Of a DNA stretch of 64,000 bases, positions 56,501 through 64,000 are shown in pieces (positions within the stretch are counted from its first letter, which is position 1; each line of letters starts with the position of its first letter). Position numbers and translations under genes: made by a program. The stretch lies in assembly GCF_902652985.1 (NCBI RefSeq), contig NC_047020.1:37696001-37760000 (forward strand). Direction: 5' to 3'. The stretch comes from Pecten maximus (taxonomy: Eukaryota). The notes beneath the pieces are model-generated. The model saw nothing but the letters and a program-made list of their open reading frames with translations. It was not told the origin of the DNA and made no database searches.

Positions 56501-59500
56501 TTATATTACCTGTTTTTTCTCGTAACACTGTGCTTCTTGTAAACAATTCCAGTAAACTTCACTTCCGTTCCGTTCTGGCATAACTAAAGCCAATTAAACT
56601 AATGCACTTTCCCTGTACTGTATTCTGGCTAAGGTCGAAAGATGAGCACTTAGTCAGAGGCATGTGGTCACAGGAGTAATTAGAATGGATGTTGAAATAT
56701 ATGACCATCATTCATTTCGTATTACATGTATACAAAATACACTAGTGTGATATGAGTAGCATCGAAAATTAATTATGAAATACATGTAAAAACTGTACAA
56801 GCCAAACGATGACAATATAACGGACTGTTTCGTTCCTAACTGGGTGATATTTTAAATTATCCGTTATCTTGGAGGAGTTCGCAAAAAAGGGGCGTTTAAA
56901 CCTTTATAAATCGAACACAGTTAATTTTTAAAAAAAAAGTTAAGTTTCTATAGAAAATGCTAGTGAAAGACATGTATTTATATCCTTTTCCAAGAGAATG
57001 CTTAGTTATACCGTTAAAAAAGGGGGGAAACCAAAAAAAAAAAAAACAAGAAAAAAAACCCTACCGACGTATTAAACATCCTTGTTGCGTATTTTCTAAT
57101 TAGTGATTACTCCCCCGGTGTTGTCTTTAAATATCAAGGTATGTGTTTAAATGTCCAGTGTGTGGATAACAAGGAAGTACCAACCTTTAGGTAAAAGTGA
57201 TATATATATACGAAGTCCCTAGAGAAGTTACAATGAGGATAAGAATTGTCGTTCTGGATGTAAAGCGACCTCTGCTTCATTGATCACCCCGATAAGATAC
57301 TCTATTCCATGAGAACAGGAGTTCCATTAGCTCATTATCTTGAACGTATTATGTCGACACTACCCTGGTCTTATTTTTCAGATGTCATATTACCTTTTTT
57401 CAGATTAGTTTTAGATTTACATTGTTGTTTTATATATGAAGCAGAAATTATTTTTCCTTCAGCAACAAGGTGTCTTATTCTCCTTTTTTGAAAATCTTCT
57501 ATTTTGTTCTTCTTAACTTTTATGCATTTCAACGATTATTTGGTCAGGATGACATGCCATACGGATAAAAGACACTGCGCAATTTAATTTTTTTCCATGT
57601 TATTAGAAAGTGTTCGAATTACTCTAGATTTCTGTACATTTGTGGATCTCGTGTGGGCATACACGTGCAAAAAATAGACCCCAGTTCGTTGAGCTTCATA
57701 CGACGTTTTACCATTATAACATTTTTTATAAAAAGAATGCTCATTTCAGCTTCAGAACAGATATTGGGTAGATTTTAGATCATGGACATGTTTACGTGTT
57801 ATAATGCACGATTTTAATCAACTTTGTAATGGAATTCTGTGAATATATAAAGCGTTTTCCTGGATATTGATTGAATTCTGCGTCATTAGCAAAATTTACA
57901 TACAAAAGAATACATAATGATCTAATGCATATATGGCTTTTTAGATATGTCGACTTAAAAAAGCAATTATATTTTCTCGTGTTAGATGCAGTTTACAATA
58001 ACCTAGCGAAACGCTAACAATTGATAAAAAAAACACCGGTTATCGATACCTGATCCCCATTTCCATTTTCCTTTCCTTAGTTGTAACCAGCTATTTTACG
58101 CTATACCATTGTGTCAGTTTATAGGCTTACAATGGAGCGAATCGCATGACTACTTGACCAATATTTCAGACACAGATAATGATTTACCATACAAATATTC
58201 AAACAACAAAGAATATACCGACATAACGGAAATAAACGATTAAACGACGGCAACACATTAAGAAAATATACATTATGTATGTAGATTTGTAAGAAGACTC
58301 GTGAAAAAGTCCAGGAGAATAAAACAAGGTGATCCAGAACTTATCTATCAGATTGTAAGCTGTTGTGATAGAATATGTTCTTTTCTATTACGATACGACA
58401 GGTGCTACACAACATTTATTTCTTCGATTCAGGTACGATAAACGATAATATAAATATATCAACTTATCTGCGCTATAAAAATGTTTAAAACAATAAAAAC
58501 ATGCAAATGCCATGCATTACACTTAAAGCAACTTCCGTTGTAACAGTTAACGCGGCGCAGCGTATGAAAACCCTTGTGCGGATACTTGCTGTGTCCTCAT
58601 TATCTTCTGATAATTGGTTCGTGATGTAAAGACTCATCAACGTTGATTACTGCGAACATGATATTTGGGGGAAGCTACACGCCAGCAAATCCCCGTTCAT
58701 TGTCGTCACTAGCTATTGAGCTATTCTATCTCAGGGAAAGGAAATACACATTTGTGTTTCCAGTTGGAGAAGTATTTCAGCAACGGTGGTTTGCTAGCAT
58801 GAGGAGCTTTCTCGCTCCACCTTTCTTATGATTCTCAAAGGAACATTTGCAGTGATAGAATAGACTGGCCACCGGACCCTAGGTTATTTTGTTAAGGCTT
58901 GCCAAGCTAAATTCAAATACTAGATTATCTACCCCTAGTTTGAAACATAGGTAGAATCAGACATATCCTAGGGACCAAAATCATAATGCTCAATTTAATT
59001 GATAATTTTAATATTCTAGAGACAGGGGACAGTCTAGCGATAATACAGCATCGTGTTTCCCTACCATCATCCACACAGTTGTACCACGCCATATTATAAA
59101 ACGTTGTCGACTGTCTTAACATCAGTATTCGGTGATCATGTTTAGAAGGTTACTTGATAAAGACACGTTATTCTTAGGTCAAAAAATGAAATAATTTCAT
59201 AAAGATAAAATAAATGATAATAAATGTTAATGAATTCAAATTTTTTTTTTTTTTTTAAATAACAATAAAAACATTTTTGACTTGTTCAAGTAAATTGCAT
59301 GAATATAAATTTAGTTTTGTTTGTGTATCTTATATGGAATAATACATCACTTTATTTATCGGTTTCATACATTTCTATGATATTCCAATACAGACACACA
59401 TTTTAGGTTATACAAAATGAAAACGTCATTAATGTGCAATGGAGCTGTCCTTTACACATGTATAATTTTCGATTATCCATTTGCTAATACTTAAAAACAC

Positions 59501-59571
59501 TACATCTTCGACAAAGAGTCATTGTGATCGATTAGAAATAAGAATAGGCTGTTGTATATTCTATTCAATAC

Positions 59572-59695
59572 AAAAGTTATATACTTTAGACTATTAACAT
59601 AAGGCTATCACCACCCTCCAAAAGTTACATACTTTAGCTTATTACCACCCTCCAAAAGTTACATATTTTAGGTTATTACCACCCTACAAAAGTTA
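59572..59695. repeat. 34-bp tandem repeat, ~3 copies
   Basis: TTATTACCACCCTCCAAAAGTTACATACTTTAG-like units. Confidence 0.85.
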
Positions 59696-59845
59696 TGAGC
59701 TCTGTTTTTATCTTTTGAATATAAAGTGAATAATGTAATAATAATTAATCGCATCCAGAGCAAAACTTACACTGCTCAATCTCTATAATTATTTGTCATA
59801 TATATAATATATTTATCTATGATGTTTTATATACGGTAGCTGTTG

Positions 59846-60226
59846 GGTGGTCGAGTGGCACAATGGTAACACATTTGCCTTTCACTTAGGCGGCCGGAGT
59901 TCGATCCACGTGGGGCAGTTGCCTGGTACTGACCGTAGGCCGATGATTTTTCTCCGGGTTCTTTGGCTTTCCTCCACCTCCAAAACCATACACATCCTTA
60001 AATGACCCTGGCTGTTGATATGACGTTAAACAAAATAAACCAAACCAAACCCTATCGGACGTGAATAGGTATGGGGTCACCTGCCCGACCACGTGGGTTT
60101 ACCCCGGGTATTCCGGATTCCTCCCACAGTATGACCTCTCACGCGCTCCCATCCGGGCCAACCAGCGTGATTAATATGAGTTGATATTACTTATTTCGCA
60201 GTTGTTCTAAAGTAAATAATGTTTAC
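59846..60226 (+). mobile_element. V-domain SINE family B, full length, interrupted by a family A copy
   Basis: Head with A box TGGCACAATGG and B box GTTCGATCC; the body resumes at ~60050 and matches 7070-7250. TSD GTAGCTGTTG (59836-59845) / GTCGCTGTTG (60227-60236). Confidence 0.85.
59906..60049 (+). mobile_element. 5'-truncated family A SINE nested in the family B SINE
   Basis: CCACGTGGGGCAGTTGCC...CCTTAAATGACCCTGGCTGTT...CAAACCAAAC. Confidence 0.9.
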
Positions 60227-61628
60227 GTCGCTGTTGTTTTTCATTTGTTAGTTTTACGTGTTATTAAATATATTTCTATACTTTTGGTATCATTCTGTAC
60301 AATTTCTGACTAGTGTATACGCTGTGTGTATCATGTTCAAAGATAGGTTACCCTTATTTTCATGGACTGATGCTTAGTGAAGTTATTTATTGATCTTTCT
60401 TTCAAGAAACAGTCTATTTAATCCTCTTTAACACTGTACACTGTCAGTATATTTAAGTAAACTGACATGTGAATGTTGGAACAGAACATTTCGGTAGACC
60501 TATTTCGTATGCCTTACATGTTACCTTATTTTATCAGTATGTGACATTATGAAATGATTATGAAACGAAAATCAATATCGCCGGCGTACATCAAGACGTC
60601 ATATTGGCAGCTTCAAGCAAAGACGACAGGGATTTTATATTAAGCAAATACGATAGAATACTTCTGCATTGGGCTCTTAAAAAACCAAGTACGCTCAAAT
60701 GAAATGGATCGTCTGCGATTCCAGTTGGCACTATTTTTTGTGGTGATGTGGAATATTTTGTATTTCATCATAAAAGTTACCGAGTAATTTGGTGTTTCTC
60801 TGGAGATTAGATATGGAAGTAGTCTCAGACTAAAATATCGGTATTTTATCACCTTGTACAAGTATATACACCTAACCTTTGGAAAATATCGTATGGAAAT
60901 ACTTAAATGGTAAAGATCCTTTATAGTTTCTGTAAGTGATGTTATCATTGACGACATCGCCGTCCTATACAGAATGTGTCCAAAGAAACTCCGTTTGACA
61001 TCTTTCTCAATTCAAATATCTTAAACGCATGTAAGGAACTTCTGCCAAGTCTCCGAGTTTCCCGTCTTCGTTAGTAGGTATGACCTCGAGAAGTACATGT
61101 ACATATTGTACATCAAAATTTTACGATCTTGGTTATGGAAGCTGAACACGCGATGCGTTGAATAATTCATAAAAACCTTTCTCAGGCAAAGGGCGCATTA
61201 GCAGAACTCCTTTTATCCGTTGGCATTCTCCCCATGTCTGATGTTCGCCCTAGAAGACTGTAATTATCCTTACCATTTGCTTTCCTTTGGATGCTGTTAA
61301 ACCCGTCGGCTGACCGAGTGTGGACTGGATGTCTGAGAGAAATCAATTTCATCCCCTAGCGTCCGAAGTTTGTTACAGAGAGACTGTCATAAATAGATAC
61401 CATATTGTGTACGATATACGACATATGTGTGACTATAGACTTATAATGGGCCATTCTTTGTATATGGATAGGGTGTACTGCTTATGAACCTTATGAACTA
61501 CACTGAGTACAGACGTAATAAGACAGCTTGTATAATGTTATTAACAGAACAATGAGGGTTACAACGTTATTTTTTTCTATATCAAAACAGTATAAAACCT
61601 TTGCCCACATGGTAGGGTATAACAGATA

Positions 61629-61924
61629 CTGTAAATCGCTTATATTTCGCGTGGAATTATTTTCGTTTTAATACGGGAGGTGAGTCTATCGCTAATTCAA
61701 AACCTTCGCGATTATGTGTATGAAACGCCTTTTCTTGGTCACCAACCTATCGGATAGTGTACCGATAAAGGGGTCTTGCAGAGCTCATGACTCTAATAGC
61801 TCTTCGTCGCGAGTTTAGAGTCATTTCTAGATCAACGATCGCGAAATCATGTACTCGCGAATATGTCTGAAAAGGTAAGTTCACGAAAGTATCTAAGTGA
61901 ATAAAAGTTATCCAATATCTACAG
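61629..61924. mobile_element. Tc1/mariner-type MITE (degenerate)
   Basis: TA|CTGTAAAT...TTTCGCG left end, CGCGAAAT/CGCGAATA repeats and TACAG right end; same style as 8684-8884. Confidence 0.5.
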
Positions 61925-62289
61925 TTATGATATTAATATCATATTATTAGAAATATTACCATTTTATACCAATTGGATTTCGACCTTTAAATTGGATCAA
62001 ACATATTATAACTCTCAACCACACTCTGATGGACTCCGATAGGGAAAACTTTCCAGAATTGATAATCAGGAAATTAGCTTGACATTTCTTGTTAACTATA
62101 CTGATGTCTATTACAAAGATAATGACTTCAGGAATAAAAGAGTTTTATAGATCATATTTAATGGCCAGTCAAGGTGACATTGACAAATATGGTTTCTGAA
62201 TTGACTGGCTAAATCAAATTATATATGACAGAAGTCAAGATCCCAACAAACGTGCTCATAGAGACTACATTTCATTGCTGAACTCAAAG

Positions 62290-62400
62290 GAGTGCACACA
62301 CGCTATCCTGGACGTTTGTCTGATGAAGATGACAGTGTACACACGCTGACCTGGTCATTTGTCTGACAAAGGAGACAGTGTACATAACGTACTGGTCATC
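62290..62400. repeat. ~42-bp tandem duplication, 2.5 copies
   Basis: AGTG(C/T)ACACACGCT..CCTGG....TTTGTCTGA repeated. Confidence 0.75.
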
Positions 62401-62742
62401 GAAATATCACGTATATTCATTTGTTGTGAACAAAATCCTTACATAAGCCATACTTTCCAACCTGGAGAATATTTATAGAAATGTCATAGCTGATTTTCTA
62501 AACTGGAGTCTGTGCTAAGCATATAGGATTTTCTTGACATAATTATATAAACACCATTTTATTTCGTGTGGGTTCCTAAAATAGGTTATGCATGTATATC
62601 CTTGGCATATCTCTCTAGTGGTAATTAACACGTTTCCGGCAATGAAATACATGTAGATAGTCTATCAGTATACAATTTGATAATGGAATGTTCAATATCA
62701 CATTAAATGCATACTTTGAATTTAATGATAGAAACAACATGT

Positions 62743-62927
62743 TGTACAGTTGTTAAATTTTACGGAGCTAATATTTCTCGGTTTCCCAGGCAGAAATAAT
62801 TTGCGGGCATAGATTTTGCACAACACCCAATAGTACACATTCTGCAGTGTTTAAATATTCGCTGCGTATTTATGGCCATGAATAAAGCGAAATTTAAATC
62901 TTCGCGAAAATTAACAACTGTACAGTA
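62743..62927. mobile_element. Tc1/mariner-type MITE
   Basis: TIRs TGTACAGTTGTTAAATTTT / AAAATTAACAACTGTACA. Confidence 0.7.
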
Positions 62928-63031
62928 TGGCGAATAATGAATATAATCCTACGTGTACAAGATCCTAGCTTGTATATATTGTGATATATATCTGCGTTTT
63001 AATGTAAAAAAAATGTACATGGTCTGTAAAA

Positions 63032-63478
63032 TACGGAAGTATAGAGGGGACATGTGGAAACATTTTTTTATCTCGTGCGCACGACATAAAATTTATTTTT
63101 CCTCAATAGTTATGTCGTGCGCACGGCATAATTATGTCGTGAGCACGAGATAATTATGTCGTGCGCACGACTTAGTATGTCGTGCGCACGAATTAATTAC
63201 TGAGGAATTAATTATTAATAAATTATTGAGGAAAAATAAATATTAATTCGTGCGCACGACATAACTATCTCGTGCTCACGACATAATTATGCCGAGCGCA
63301 CGACATAATTATTGAGGGGAAAAAATTAAGTCGTGCGCACCACATAATTATTGAGGAAAAATAAATATTAAGTCGTGCGCACGACATAACTATCTCGTGC
63401 GCACGACATAATTATTGAGGAAAAATAAATTTTATGTCGTGCGCACGAGATAAAAGATGTCCCCTCTATACTTCCGTA
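63032..63478. mobile_element. young foldback MITE, TAC..GTA termini, 6-bp TSD (IS3EU-like non-autonomous)
   Basis: Perfect 22-bp TIR TACGGAAGTATAGAGGGGACAT, further long inverted arms, many internal TCGTGCGCACGA palindromes, and perfect flanking GTAAAA (63026-63031 / 63479-63484). Confidence 0.85.
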
Positions 63479-64000
63479 GTAAAAGACCTAATAGGAAGAT
63501 GTATCTTTTTATTGGTGTTTCGAAAAAAATGCTGATTTTTTTTTATAATATGTTCATAAGACTCCAATGAATGAAGTGAGACATGAATGTTTAGGATCAT
63601 ACGTGACATATAAATCGTGTGTATTTATAGATTGCTGGTTGACATCTAAATATATAACAAAAACATAGTTAAAACGGGGAAACCCAGACTTTACTATACA
63701 TATCACAACGTCTGTGATAGTTTAATTACATAAATGGCGTCGTCTTGGGAGATAGATATTTACGTGAATGTGGTTTCCTGAAATGATTGACAGTCTTCAG
63801 ACTAATCTTGACACATGATAATATTTAAAGTATTTATTTTATCTCAGTATAGCTTCCTAACTCATTGACCTGGTAAAGTGATTAAATACCTGTATGCGCT
63901 CACTAAAGATTTATTTTCGTTCTGTCTGTATAATTTCCCATTTCATTGTGATAATATGTAACGTTAGTTTCCTTTAGCAATAGAGTCAGAAAAAGAAAAG

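Noticed and set aside
62025-62060. Hammerhead-ribozyme-like CTGATG...GAAA motifs (also near 41260 and 53480)
   Set aside because: The catalytic core (CUGANGA/GAAA) and stems are incomplete in each case.

Overview
Eukaryotic, AT-rich, repeat-dense genomic DNA. The SINE/LINE/MITE types and the TRIM-like gene point to a bivalve mollusc (inference); nothing here looks prokaryotic. The only convincing protein-coding locus is a minus-strand, apparently intronless TRIM-like gene (coiled coil plus NHL/beta-propeller) at 44136-45465. It is split by a single extra base at UCC-UAG-U, the geometry of an antizyme-type +1 'shifty stop'. This could be programmed +1 frameshifting, a fresh null allele or an assembly indel. 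The rest is transposable and tandem DNA: a 6.8-kb polypyrimidine minisatellite fused to a ~100-copy 33-bp satellite that may be SINE-derived, and four tRNA-SINE families (two V-type, one CORE, one Meta-like). Three of these families share a 3' tail, and one insertion creates a chimeric SINE. There is also a 5S rRNA internal-promoter fragment, LINE 3' fragments, several MITEs (IS3EU-like, AcademH-like, Tc1/mariner-like, palindromic) and two assembly gaps. The giant ORFs in 12-22 kb are repeat artefacts. Family assignments are from recalled consensus features, not database searches.
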